This document shows positions 1-9,687 of a stretch of 48,887 bases of DNA, piece after piece (the stretch's first letter is position 1; every line of letters starts with the position of its first letter). This DNA comes from an uncultured Christensenellaceae bacterium. Its GTDB lineage: Bacteria > Bacillota > Clostridia > Christensenellales > UBA3700. Position numbers and translations under genes: made by a program. The notes below the pieces were generated by a model. That model was not told the origin of the DNA. It searched no databases and was given only the letters and a program-made list of their open reading frames with translations. The stretch covers positions 1-48,887 of the forward strand of contig CALWKU010000049.1 of assembly GCA_944381345.1 (NCBI GenBank). Direction: 5' to 3'.

Positions 1-2
1 CA

Positions 3-2468
3 AGTCTCGATTCTGCGCAGGATAATTACGCAAGGTCGAGCAACCGCATCAAGACGGGCGAGACAAAGACGATCGCCGGCTTTGAATGCGAAAAATACAC
101 CGCAGACGTGCACGTCAACGGCGACGACGAAGAGGACATCGTCTGGACCGCCGAATTTTGGATCGACAAAGCGACGGGGCTCGTGCTCGAATACAGCGGC
201 AGAGACAGCTGGGACGACCCCTCGTCCACGCTCAGATGCAGTCTCGTCCGCGTCGAAGAGACCGACTATGTCGGCGAGTTGCTCGCGCTGCCCCTTTACG
301 GGCAATTGCAGGCTCAAATGCCCGTCGACGAGATGCAAGAGGCGTTCTGCTTGGACGAAATTCCCTTTGACGGCATTGTCGGCGCGGAAGGCTGGTATGT
401 CGACGTCGAGCAAGCCGAGTACGGAGTCTACGCCGATCGCTTCTACGTCTACGGCGTGGATGATGATGAGCTTGCGGCGTTCGGCGAAAAGCTTGTCGCA
501 GACGGCTGGCGTGAGGACGGCTATGGCGCGTGGGTCTATGACGACGGCGGCGTCAACGGCGCGAAATACAATCAATACCGCGTGTTTGTCTCCGAGCAAG
601 GCGCCGGCGCCATCGAGGACAGACACGACGGCAGAGAAGTGACGATCTCCGTGACTCAAAAATCCCTGCCCGTGTTCATTTACGCTACTCAACCACTCGT
701 CGTGAGAATGGACGTAGAGGACATTTTTGGCGAAAACATCACCCACAAATACACCGTCCAAGCAGACGAAGAATACGTCGTCGTGACACGCGATGGAGAG
801 ACTGCCGTTTACAGGCGCACCGACGGCGGCATGCTGGTCGAGACGATGCCCGACGGCGCGCCCCATCCCGACGCGGCCGCGATCACTCCGGCGGAGTTTT
901 GCAGCGTCTGCTACGAGGTGTTTGAATGGATGACGCCGTCTTACTACGGTTCGTTTGACGACGTTGCCGAAGATGGCGGATCGCTTTGGAGCGAAGAGGG
1001 CAAGGAAACAGTCGCCGAAAGAGATGTCGTCAAGTTGAACGGCGGATATGTGACGGTGTGGTACGACGAGGAACTCGACCTCGTACTCAAACGCGAATAC
1101 AGCGACGGAACGCAGGGCGCGGAAGTCACCTACTACGGCGAGCCGGCGCAGGCATTCCCCGACGACAGACCGCAGCTTGAGACGGACGCGTTTGTTTGGG
1201 GCATGGATACGGCGATCGAAAACGGCGCGCTCGGCTGGAACGACCCCGAGGGCTACGCGGAGGCAAACTTCGACGATGTCACATATTTGAGCGACTACAA
1301 CGCAGCCACGGCGGCGGTCGAGGCATACCGCGCCGCAATCGAGCAATACGCCCAAGCCGTCTCGCTCTATGAGAGCGAAAGCAATTGGTACGGCGTATAT
1401 GCGACGGGCAAGTATGCGGTCAAAATAGACGCGTACCATTACGCCGAGGGCGAAAATGAGGGCGTCGGCGACAGTTGGAGCGTCACGATCGTTGAGTATG
1501 CGCTCAAGACGAGCGCCGAGGAGTTCTTCGGTATAGAGTGGGGCGTGCAGACGGCAAGCGTCGCCCGGAAGCTGGGCGAGGGCAAATACGCCTACACTCA
1601 ATCCGTGTCGAGCGAATGGGGCGAAGAGGAAAAGCCGGGCGACGATCTGCCGACGATCGATCTGGACAAGGACGGAGGCATGGCGCGGGCTAACGGCGCG
1701 CTCTATGTGTTCGACGGGCAAAGCGCGAAAGTGTACAACGGACTTGCCGACTTCGCCGGCATGCAATTCGTCTATTCGGTCGGCGAATACGCCGGTACTG
1801 TCGAGAGCGTCGTCGACGACTCGCTGCCGCCCGCGCTGACGATAAGCTATAACATCGCGGAGATGACGAGCGCGGGCACGGAGATCGTCAACGGCGTGAC
1901 TTGCGACAAGTACAAGGGAACAGCCAAGTTCAGAGGCGTAGAGAGCGAGTACACTATCTGCGTAAATAACGGCGTGACCTACCGCTATGAGGGACTCGTG
2001 ATCGGCGGAGATTTCGGCAGCGCGGAGACGGTCATATGCGAATTGAAGTTCGAGAGCGCAGAAGTCACGTTGGCCGCGCCCGAAAAAGACGAGGACTTGA
2101 TTGTCATGGGCGTCGAAAGCCCTGCGGCGGAATGGATTGACGGGCTGTGGCTGAACGGCGCGACGCTCGACGGTTTTACGTCGTACAAAGTCGATTATGT
2201 TACCGAAACCGCAATGCGAATAATTTTCACATTTGAGGGCGCGGCTCGTCCGTCGTGGACTTTCGGCGAACAGAGCGGAGTGATCGACGGAGAGGACGAC
2301 GTCATAGATCTCGGCGATATGATGCAGACCTTTGACATCTACGAGATTTGGAGCGAGCCCGAGACCGTAGTGGGCGAGGACGGCACGGAAGTCGTCGTAG
2401 GCAAAGAGGAAGTGATCGGCTTGGAAGTCCGTATGCGCTTTGAACTTAAAACGGATCAGTCGGTTTAG
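3..2468 (+). CDS. Large acidic, probably extracellular repeat protein (5'-truncated by window); three DUF4412/LolA-like motif copies
   Basis: Frame is open from nt 3 (SLDSAQDNY...KTIAGFECEKY...), so the true start is upstream of the window. Very D/E-rich, coding-like codon usage, followed by a terminator. Confidence 0.75.
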   Translation, partial: SLDSAQDNYARSSNRIKTGETKTIAGFECEKYTADVHVNGDDEEDIVWTAEFWIDKATGLVLEYSGRDSWDDPSSTLRCSLVRVEETDYVGELLALPLYGQLQAQMPVDEMQEAFCLDEIPFDGIVGAEGWYVDVEQAEYGVYADRFYVYGVDDDELAAFGEKLVADGWREDGYGAWVYDDGGVNGAKYNQYRVFVSEQGAGAIEDRHDGREVTISVTQKSLPVFIYATQPLVVRMDVEDIFGENITHKYTVQADEEYVVVTRDGETAVYRRTDGGMLVETMPDGAPHPDAAAITPAEFCSVCYEVFEWMTPSYYGSFDDVAEDGGSLWSEEGKETVAERDVVKLNGGYVTVWYDEELDLVLKREYSDGTQGAEVTYYGEPAQAFPDDRPQLETDAFVWGMDTAIENGALGWNDPEGYAEANFDDVTYLSDYNAATAAVEAYRAAIEQYAQAVSLYESESNWYGVYATGKYAVKIDAYHYAEGENEGVGDSWSVTIVEYALKTSAEEFFGIEWGVQTASVARKLGEGKYAYTQSVSSEWGEEEKPGDDLPTIDLDKDGGMARANGALYVFDGQSAKVYNGLADFAGMQFVYSVGEYAGTVESVVDDSLPPALTISYNIAEMTSAGTEIVNGVTCDKYKGTAKFRGVESEYTICVNNGVTYRYEGLVIGGDFGSAETVICELKFESAEVTLAAPEKDEDLIVMGVESPAAEWIDGLWLNGATLDGFTSYKVDYVTETAMRIIFTFEGAARPSWTFGEQSGVIDGEDDVIDLGDMMQTFDIYEIWSEPETVVGEDGTEVVVGKEEVIGLEVRMRFELKTDQSV

Positions 2469-2511
2469 GCGGCAAGAACATCTCCGACGCAGATCGGAAA
2501 AGCCAAAGCGG

Positions 2512-2541
2512 CGGAGCGCCTTCAAAGACGCTCCGTTTTTT
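2512..2541 (+). terminator. Intrinsic terminator after the first ORF
   Basis: CGGAGCGCC-ttcaaa-GACGCTCCG stem followed by TTTTTT. Confidence 0.7.
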
Positions 2542-2731
2542 GCGCGGAAGAGCAAAATCAAAGCAGTCGCAAAACGCGCTGCGATTTGACGTTAGTCCGA
2601 CGCAAAAGCGCATGATGATTTTTGCGTCGGAGAGCCCGTGTATCGGCGGCGCACACAAACGCACGAAACCGGCGGCGGCGATCGAGAACAAAAGTTGCGC
2701 CGAAATTTCGCCGTCCCCGTTTGTTCTTTGT

Positions 2732-2760
2732 TTGACTATACGCGCGCGCTGTGCTAAACT
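2732..2760 (+). promoter_or_regulatory. sigma-A promoter of the mgsA-nan operon
   Basis: TTGACT-17 bp-TAAACT with extended TG; RBS AAGGAG at 2767. Confidence 0.7.
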
Positions 2761-2778
2761 TGTGTAAAGGAGTATTGT

Positions 2779-3159
2779 ATGAAAGAGATCAAGACCGTCG
2801 CGCTGATAGCGCATGACAACAAAAAGGCGGAGATGGTCGCCTGGCCTATGAAGAACAAAGACCTTTTGGCAAAATTTCGGCTTTGCGGCACCGGAACGAC
2901 CGCGAAATTGGTCGCCGAGTCTACGGGACTCGACGTGTATCGCTATCTGTCCGGACCGCTAGGCGGCGATCAGCAGATCGGCGCGAAGATAGCCGAGGGG
3001 CAGATAGACGCGGTCATCTTCTTTTGGGACCCGCTGTCCATGCAGCCGCACGACCCCGACGTCAAGGCGCTGCTGCGCATAGCCGCGCTGTACGACGTGC
3101 CCATCGCTACCAACAAGGCGACCGCAGACTTTGTATTGACGTCGCCTTTGATGCGCTGA
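2779..3159 (+). CDS. mgsA: Methylglyoxal synthase
   Basis: ALIAHDx[28 protein letters not shown] motifs. Confidence 0.95.
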   Translation: MKEIKTVALIAHDNKKAEMVAWPMKNKDLLAKFRLCGTGTTAKLVAESTGLDVYRYLSGPLGGDQQIGAKIAEGQIDAVIFFWDPLSMQPHDPDVKALLRIAALYDVPIATNKATADFVLTSPLMR

Positions 3160-3160
3160 A

Positions 3161-3670
3161 ATGCCGCGCTTTGTCTGCATAGGGGACATCACCCGCTGCC
3201 GCACGGACGCGATCGTCAACGCCGCAAACAACTCTCTGTTGGGCGGAGGCGGAGTGGACGGGGCGATACACCGCGCCGCGGGAGCGGAACTGCTTGCCGA
3301 ATGCCGCGCTTTGGGCGGCTGCGAGACGGGCGGGGCAAAGGTCACGAAGGGATATCTTCTGCCCGCAAAATACGTCATCCACACCGTGGGACCGATATGG
3401 CACGGCGGCGGATTCGGCGAGGAGGAGAAGTTGAGGAGCTGCTATCGCTCGAGCCTTGCGATAGTCAAAGAACTCGGTCTGAAAAGCGTAGCCTTTCCGC
3501 TGATCTCGGCGGGCGTGTACGGCTATCCAAAACGCGACGCGTTCCGCATAGCGGCGGAGGAGACGGACGCCTTTCTCCGAGGGTACGAAGCGGATGTCTA
3601 CATCGTGCTGTACGGAGGCGGAGCGCTGATCTCGGGGGAGGTCGGAGAGCTTGTCGAAATGCCTCAATAA
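3161..3670 (+). CDS. Macrodomain protein (O-acetyl-ADP-ribose deacetylase, YmdB-like)
   Basis: [40 protein letters not shown] motifs. Confidence 0.92.
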   Translation: MPRFVCIGDITRCRTDAIVNAANNSLLGGGGVDGAIHRAAGAELLAECRALGGCETGGAKVTKGYLLPAKYVIHTVGPIWHGGGFGEEEKLRSCYRSSLAIVKELGLKSVAFPLISAGVYGYPKRDAFRIAAEETDAFLRGYEADVYIVLYGGGALISGEVGELVEMPQ

Positions 3671-3715
3671 GTGCGTTTAGCAGACACAGAACCAAAAAAC
3701 AGGAGCAAAACCGAT

Positions 3716-5032
3716 ATGATCTCAAAGCCTTTCAGCCTTTTTTCCAAGGAACGCGGACCCGTCAACAATTACCGCATTCCGTCCATCATCACCGCGGACG
3801 ACGGCACGGTCATCGCCTGCGCCGACGCGCGACTTTACGGCGGCAGCGACAACCCCAACCGCATAGAAAAGGTGATCTGCCGCTCGTTCGACAACGGCGA
3901 GTCGTGGACGGACATGCACTTTGCGGTCAAGGAGTGCGGCGAGGACATTGCCCACTCGTCGGCGGCGATCGACCCCTGCCTCGTCTTTGACCGACAAAAT
4001 GGCACGCTGCTGATGCTGTACAGCCACACCCCCGCCGGCGTCGGCATCCTCAACAGCCGCCGCGGCACCGGTTTTGACAAAAAGGGCAGACAGATCGTCA
4101 TGCACGGCAAGCGCAGACTGTCGCTCGAAAAGGACGGCAGACTCTTCGACAGAGATCTTGCGACCGAATACCGCGTCGACGAAAACTTCGACGTGCGCGT
4201 CGGCGAGAAAAAGGTCGGCAACATACGCACCGGAGAGGGCGGCTTCACCGAATACCGCACCTCGTATATGTACCTCGCCAAGAGCTTTGACAACGGCGTC
4301 ACCTGGACAAAGCCCGAGTGCATCTCCGCGCAGGTCAAAGACAAGTATATGTGCTTCATCGGCGCGGGCCCCGGAGTCGGCGTGCAGCTGACCGAGGGCG
4401 AGCACAAGGGACGTATCGTCGTGCCGATATACTTCACTCCGCGCTTTTGGCCGCTGATGGAGTGCGCGGCGTGCATCTTCAGCGACGACGGCGGCGCGAC
4501 GTGGACGCGCGGCGGAGTCATGGGCGAAAACCGCAAACGTCTCGGACTGTTCAAGGTCGGGCACAAGTTCATTGCGGACGGCGAGCGCACGAGCGAGGCG
4601 CAGATAATAACGCTGCCCGGAGGAGGATTGAAAGCGTTTGTGCGCAACCATTCGAGACGGCGCGAGGTCGCGGTCGCAACGAGCGACGACGGCGGCGCGA
4701 CGTGGAAGGATTTTCATTACATCGGCATACCGCAGCCGATATGCCAGATCGCCGCGCTCAACGTCATGGACGGCGGCCGCGAGGCGACGCTCGTACTCAA
4801 TGCGGCGAGCAAGACTAAGAGGGAGAACGGCGTCATCCGCATCTCGTACGACTACGGCGAGACGTTCGCGCACTCGCTCAAAATCAAGGACGGAGAGTTC
4901 GTGTACAGCTGCATGACGCAGATGAAGGACGGCTCGATAGGCGTGCTGTACGAGGGAAGCACGATGCACGAGACGGTGGATTTCGTAAAACTCGCATTGG
5001 ACGACATCAAGGCGTCCGCAAAGGAGGAATAA
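3716..5032 (+). CDS. GH33 exo-alpha-sialidase, no signal peptide
   Basis: YRIP motif; five Asp-boxes (SFDNGESW, SFDNGVTW, SDDGGATW x2, SYDYGETF); catalytic E (SEAQ), R (FVRN), Y (FVYS); RBS AGGAG at 3701 favours ATG 3716. Confidence 0.92.
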   Translation: MISKPFSLFSKERGPVNNYRIPSIITADDGTVIACADARLYGGSDNPNRIEKVICRSFDNGESWTDMHFAVKECGEDIAHSSAAIDPCLVFDRQNGTLLMLYSHTPAGVGILNSRRGTGFDKKGRQIVMHGKRRLSLEKDGRLFDRDLATEYRVDENFDVRVGEKKVGNIRTGEGGFTEYRTSYMYLAKSFDNGVTWTKPECISAQVKDKYMCFIGAGPGVGVQLTEGEHKGRIVVPIYFTPRFWPLMECAACIFSDDGGATWTRGGVMGENRKRLGLFKVGHKFIADGERTSEAQIITLPGGGLKAFVRNHSRRREVAVATSDDGGATWKDFHYIGIPQPICQIAALNVMDGGREATLVLNAASKTKRENGVIRISYDYGETFAHSLKIKDGEFVYSCMTQMKDGSIGVLYEGSTMHETVDFVKLALDDIKASAKEE

Positions 5033-5706
5033 TGGCACATCTCAACAGAGGACTTATCGTATCCTGTCAGGCGGTCAAAGGCGAACCGCTTTACGGGCTG
5101 GGCATCATGAAGTATATGGCGCGCGCCGCCGTTCAGGGAGGAGCGGTCGGCATCAGGGCGAATTATGTCAGCGACATCGTCGATATACGCGGCGAGGTCG
5201 ACGTCCCGATCATTGCGATCATCAAAGCGGAGTATCCGGACAGCGAAGTCTACATAACTCCTACCAAAAAAGAGGCGGACGACCTCATCGGGTGCGGCGC
5301 AAAGGTCATCGCTTTGGACGCGACGCTGCGTCCCCGTCCCAACGGCGAGACTCTCGAAGGGCTTGTGAAATATATCCGCGCCAACGCGCCCGACGTCGAG
5401 ATCATGGCGGATTGCAGCGATTTCGACGAGGCGGAAAACGCCGTCAGGCTCGGATTCGATTATGTAGGCACGACGCTGCGCGGCTATACCGCGCACACCA
5501 AGGGCGCGCAGCTGCCCGACGTCGAGTTTATAGGCAAATTGGTCAAGAGTTTCCCCGGCACGAAGATCATCGCCGAGGGCGGGATCTGGGAAAGAGGACA
5601 GCTTCAAAAAGTGTGGGCGCAGGGCGTGTACGCGGTCGTCATCGGCAGCGCGATCACGAGACCGCGCGACATCACAAGACGCTTTGCCGAGGTGATAGGC
5701 AAGTGA
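5032..5706 (+). CDS. nanE: N-acetylmannosamine-6-phosphate 2-epimerase
   Basis: LIVSCQA, GIRAN, VYITPT, GTTLRGYT, IIAEG, GSAITRP motifs. Confidence 0.95.
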   Translation: MAHLNRGLIVSCQAVKGEPLYGLGIMKYMARAAVQGGAVGIRANYVSDIVDIRGEVDVPIIAIIKAEYPDSEVYITPTKKEADDLIGCGAKVIALDATLRPRPNGETLEGLVKYIRANAPDVEIMADCSDFDEAENAVRLGFDYVGTTLRGYTAHTKGAQLPDVEFIGKLVKSFPGTKIIAEGGIWERGQLQKVWAQGVYAVVIGSAITRPRDITRRFAEVIGK

Positions 5707-6575
5707 AACTCGCGTGCATAGACATAGGCGGCACGACTATCAAGCGTATGCGCGCCGACGCGGCGAAAGGCGAGCCGATAGAGTCGTTCAAAGCGCGGGG
5801 ATACGCGTCGGCGCCGACGCGTGCGGGCGAGGGCTTTGACGCAATAAAGAACGCGGTGTATGCAAGCATAAGCGCATTGCTCAAAGAGGAGCGCTGCGAC
5901 GCGATCGCCGTCTCCACCGCGGGCACGGTCGATTGGGACAGCGGCGTCGTCACCTACGCGACGGACGCGCTGCCGGGATTTACCGGCTACGACATACGAG
6001 GCGATCTTGCCGACAGGTTTCGCCTGCCCGTCAAGGTCGTCAACGACGCGACCGCAGCCGCAGTCGCAGAGCATTGTTTCGGCGGCGCGAACGCAGACGA
6101 AGCGGTGCTGACGATAGGTACGGGATTGGGCAGCGCACTCGTCAAGGCGGGGGAACTCGACGCGTCGGCGGTCGTCGATCTTCATCTCGGGCATATTTGT
6201 TATGTCGAGGGCGGCGAGCCGTGCAAATGCGGCAAAAGAGGGTGTCTTGAACAGTATGTTTCGGCAAGCGCGATGAGGCGCATGAGCGGCAGCGGCGATC
6301 TGGACGCGGTCTTTGCGGATTATGAAAAATACCGCGCGGCGACGGACGCATTCCTTGAAGCGCTGGGTACGGCGGCGAGGCTCGCGTTTGACGCTGGAGC
6401 GCAAAACGTCATCATAGGCGGCGGCGTGATAGAGATCGTCGGCTGGTGGGACAGATTTGTACAAAAAACGGAGCCTGTGTTCGCAAAACGCATAAGACGT
6501 GCTGCGCTCGGCAACCGCGCCGGCGCGCTCGGAGCGGCATACGCGGCGCTCAACGGCAAATTCAAAAATCAATAA
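5703..6575 (+). CDS. nanK: ROK-family kinase, probable N-acetylmannosamine kinase
   Basis: GTG start overlapping nanE stop (GTGA); IDIGGT, VNDA, GTGLG, CxCGxxGCLEQY motifs; lies between nanE and nanA. Confidence 0.8.
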   Translation: MKLACIDIGGTTIKRMRADAAKGEPIESFKARGYASAPTRAGEGFDAIKNAVYASISALLKEERCDAIAVSTAGTVDWDSGVVTYATDALPGFTGYDIRGDLADRFRLPVKVVNDATAAAVAEHCFGGANADEAVLTIGTGLGSALVKAGELDASAVVDLHLGHICYVEGGEPCKCGKRGCLEQYVSASAMRRMSGSGDLDAVFADYEKYRAATDAFLEALGTAARLAFDAGAQNVIIGGGVIEIVGWWDRFVQKTEPVFAKRIRRAALGNRAGALGAAYAALNGKFKNQ

Positions 6576-6599
6576 CTCTGTTACGGAGGCATAAATTTT

Positions 6600-7493
6600 A
6601 TGTACGACAAAGAGAAGTTCAAGGGCATATTGCCCGCGCTTCTGACCCCGTTCGATAAGAACGACAAGGTCAGCAAAAAATCGGTCGAAAAGCTGATCCG
6701 CTATAACCTCGGAAAGGGAGTGGACGGCTTTTATGTAGGCGGTTCGACGGGCGAAGGTCTGCTGCTGACAAAAGAGGAAAGGGAGACTCTGTTCGAGTAC
6801 GCCGCGGAGGCGAACAACGGCAGATCGACCATGATCGCCCACGTCGGCACGGTTTGCACCGAACATGCGATCGAGATGGCGAAGAACGCCGAAAAGCTAG
6901 GTTACGACGCGATCAGCGCGGTCGCGCCTTACTACTATGCGTTCACGCCCGAACAGCGCAAGCAATACTACTACGACATCGCCGACGCGACGAGTTTGCC
7001 GATGATCGTCTACAACTTCCCGGCGGCGAACGGTTTCAATCTCGACAAGGGAACTGCGGAGGAGATGTTTGCCCACACCGACAAGTTCATCGGTATAAAG
7101 CACACCACGTCAGATCTGTTCGCGCTCGAACAGTTCAAGACGATGAAGGCGAAGCCCATCGTCTACAACGGTTTTGACGAGATGCTGATCGGCGGACTTG
7201 CTATGGGCGCGGACGGCGGCATCGGCAGCACCTACAACTTTATGGCGGAAAAGTTCATCACCATCTATCGCTCTTTTGTGAACAACGACGTCAAGACCGC
7301 ATGCTCGACCCAGTACGAGGTCAACGAGATCATCGCTCAATTGATCAAGTACGGCGTATTTGCGTCCGAGAAATACATCTTGGAGTGCCTCGGCATAGAG
7401 ATGGGCGACTGCCGCAGGCCTTTCCTGCCGCTGAGCGACGAGGGGAAGATGGCGATGCAGAAGATCGCCGCGCAGTTCGAAAAAGCGGAGTAA
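6600..7493 (+). CDS. nanA: N-acetylneuraminate lyase
   Basis: GGSTGE, VYNFP, Schiff-base Lys in GIKHT, NGFDE, GGIGSTYN. Confidence 0.93.
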   Translation: MYDKEKFKGILPALLTPFDKNDKVSKKSVEKLIRYNLGKGVDGFYVGGSTGEGLLLTKEERETLFEYAAEANNGRSTMIAHVGTVCTEHAIEMAKNAEKLGYDAISAVAPYYYAFTPEQRKQYYYDIADATSLPMIVYNFPAANGFNLDKGTAEEMFAHTDKFIGIKHTTSDLFALEQFKTMKAKPIVYNGFDEMLIGGLAMGADGGIGSTYNFMAEKFITIYRSFVNNDVKTACSTQYEVNEIIAQLIKYGVFASEKYILECLGIEMGDCRRPFLPLSDEGKMAMQKIAAQFEKAE

Positions 7494-7538
7494 ATAAAAA
7501 GAGAGAGCGTCGCCGCTCTCCCGATCGAGCGGGGCGGA

Positions 7539-8474
7539 TCAGTCGTCCGCTCCCTTGTAATATTGCTGCGGAGTCAATGTGCGTCTGCCCGAAAACGATA
7601 CCTCGAAATCGGACGGCGAAAGAGACGTTTCACCCCTTGTTTCGGCGAGGAATTTGGCGGAAAGTTCGAGGGTGCGCGCATGGGCTGCCTCCAGGATCGC
7701 GTCGACCGACAGGTCGAGCGAAGGCGAATCGTACTCGTTTGCGACGGACGGATAGGGGCGGCGTTCCGAGTTCATGAAGTCGACGCCGCCGTCGAGCGAG
7801 GGCGTGACGAAGCCGTAGATGTAGTTGGGTTTGCCCATCAGCGCGCCCGCAGCCTTTACGACGAGGCACGCGGGGGAGATCAGGTTGTCGAACACGCTTT
7901 GATATGTCGCCATGCGTTTTTGCGCGGCGAACAGTTTGTCGTAGGGCAGATCGGCGTCGAAGATCTTGCCGATCTCGGTCAGACAGGTCGCCGCCGCCGT
8001 GCGGGAAGCGTCGGTGCAGGGCAGCACGGTCTTGGCGCGAAAGCGCGTGCCGGCGCCTCTGTCGCGCAAAAAGAGGATGCGGTCGATCGCCGCTTCCTGC
8101 ATCATATGCAGCGACGGATAGAGGTCGGGCTTGAAAAAGCGGCGCATATAATTGCCCGCGTCGTGAATCATCAGCGGATGTATCGCGCTGTCCACCGCAT
8201 AATGGGAGACATAGCCGAGGCAGTAGGCGAGGATGTCGTCGCTGCCTGTGTCTGCGCACAGCCGCGCGAGCGCGGCGAATTGGTCGTATACCGCGCACGC
8301 GTGTACTTTGCCCGCTATGCCGCGGTATTTGCCGAATACGTAAAAGAGCAGGTCGGGTCCCTGCGCGCCGGCGAGGTAGACCTCTTTGCGGCGGGAGACG
8401 AGGCCGCGCGCCTTTTCGTCAAGATCGTTGGCAGCGCGCAGCGCGCTGCGGTAGTGGGTGTAATACGAAGCCAT
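7539..8474 (-). CDS. Zinc-dependent phospholipase C family protein
   Basis: N-terminal MASYYTH, GAQGPD, GYVSHYAVDSAIHP, HMMQEAAID; start moved to ATG 8474, just downstream of its promoter. Confidence 0.8.
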   Translation of the reverse strand: MASYYTHYRSALRAANDLDEKARGLVSRRKEVYLAGAQGPDLLFYVFGKYRGIAGKVHACAVYDQFAALARLCADTGSDDILAYCLGYVSHYAVDSAIHPLMIHDAGNYMRRFFKPDLYPSLHMMQEAAIDRILFLRDRGAGTRFRAKTVLPCTDASRTAAATCLTEIGKIFDADLPYDKLFAAQKRMATYQSVFDNLISPACLVVKAAGALMGKPNYIYGFVTPSLDGGVDFMNSERRPYPSVANEYDSPSLDLSVDAILEAAHARTLELSAKFLAETRGETSLSPSDFEVSFSGRRTLTPQQYYKGADD

Positions 8475-8483
8475 AACAATTGA

Positions 8484-8512
8484 ATTATAACACAACTGCG
8501 CCGCGTTGGCAA
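8484..8512 (-). promoter_or_regulatory. sigma-A promoter of the PLC-like gene (near-leaderless)
   Basis: Minus strand TTGCCA-17 bp-TATAAT with extended TG, 9 nt before ATG, no SD. Confidence 0.65.
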
Positions 8513-8535
8513 CATCGCGCGGCGTGCGGAGGAAA

Positions 8536-9651
8536 ATGAAATATCTGTTTTTCGATACCGAATGCGCGAACTGCTTTGACAAGACGGGCAAGCTGTTCAG
8601 CATAGGTTTTGTGCTGACCGACGAAAACTTCAACGTCCTGGAACCGCGCGAGGACATCCTGATCAACCCGGACGCGCAGTTCGATTGGTTCGTCGTCCGC
8701 AAGATGATGGCGTATGACCGCCGCATCTTCAAGTCGAAACCGAAGTTCGACGCCGTCTTTCCGAGGCTGACGAAAATGTTGGACGGCGCGGTCGCGGTCG
8801 GATTCAACACCGCCGCGGACGTCGTATATCTGCTGGACGAGTGCAACCGCTACAAACTCGATCCTCCCAAGATACGTTTCTTTGACGTGCAGATGTTCGA
8901 GCAAAAGCTTTCCGGGCGCGAAAACGTATGCAGGCTGACTTCCGCGTACGAGGAGTGGTGCAAGGCGGAGCCGCACGACGCCCATCGCAGCGATATGGAC
9001 GCGGAGATGACGATGGATGTTGCCAAGGCGCTGTGCGCGCATCTCGGGATGAATATGGACGAGGCGGTCGCCGCCTATCCCGACTTTGCCGGGGAGACGG
9101 ATGGGTTTTATTATGCTTATTCCACAGAGGAGATGCGAGATTCGCGCGACAAGACGCCCCGCCCGCACTACCGCAAGGTCAAGCCCGGGCAGGAAAACTT
9201 CTGTCTGCGCGGCAGCCGCAACCACGAGATGTTCATGCGCTACGCCGAGGACATAAACAAGCGTAACGAAGGAGCCAGGGTATGTCTTTCGGACAACCTC
9301 GAGAGCTTTGACTACGATCGCGCGATGCGCGCGCTGACCCGCATAGACGCCGCAGGGATGGGGTATACGCTCAAACCCGCCGAGGCGAAGATATATGCGT
9401 CGTGCGCCGTAAGAGACGAGACGGGCAGACCGCGTAAATGCTCAAAATACAGCCGTGCGCGCAGACTCGCCGCCGCAGGCGAGACTGAGATGATGACGAT
9501 AGACGAGTTCGAGCAGAGGTTTTCCCTGCCCGCCGACGCAAACCTCGACTGGGACCGCTTCGACGCGCCGGAGTACGCGCGTGAAGTTAAGCGCAGAAAG
9601 CGTAAGAGACGCAAGACGAACGATCCGACAAAACAGGGCGATCGCCGTTGA
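8536..9651 (+). CDS. DEDDh 3'-5' exonuclease (DnaQ-like) with C-terminal extension
   Basis: ExoI FFDTEC, ExoII GFNTAAD, ExoIII HRSDMDA; RBS GGAGG before ATG 8536. Confidence 0.8.
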   Translation: MKYLFFDTECANCFDKTGKLFSIGFVLTDENFNVLEPREDILINPDAQFDWFVVRKMMAYDRRIFKSKPKFDAVFPRLTKMLDGAVAVGFNTAADVVYLLDECNRYKLDPPKIRFFDVQMFEQKLSGRENVCRLTSAYEEWCKAEPHDAHRSDMDAEMTMDVAKALCAHLGMNMDEAVAAYPDFAGETDGFYYAYSTEEMRDSRDKTPRPHYRKVKPGQENFCLRGSRNHEMFMRYAEDINKRNEGARVCLSDNLESFDYDRAMRALTRIDAAGMGYTLKPAEAKIYASCAVRDETGRPRKCSKYSRARRLAAAGETEMMTIDEFEQRFSLPADANLDWDRFDAPEYAREVKRRKRKRRKTNDPTKQGDRR

Positions 9652-9676
9652 CAAACGTCAAAAGACGTGATACAAT
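9648..9676 (+). promoter_or_regulatory. sigma-A promoter for 9743 gene
   Basis: TTGACA-17 bp-TACAAT with extended TG. Confidence 0.7.
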
Positions 9677-9687
9677 GAAATGGTAGA

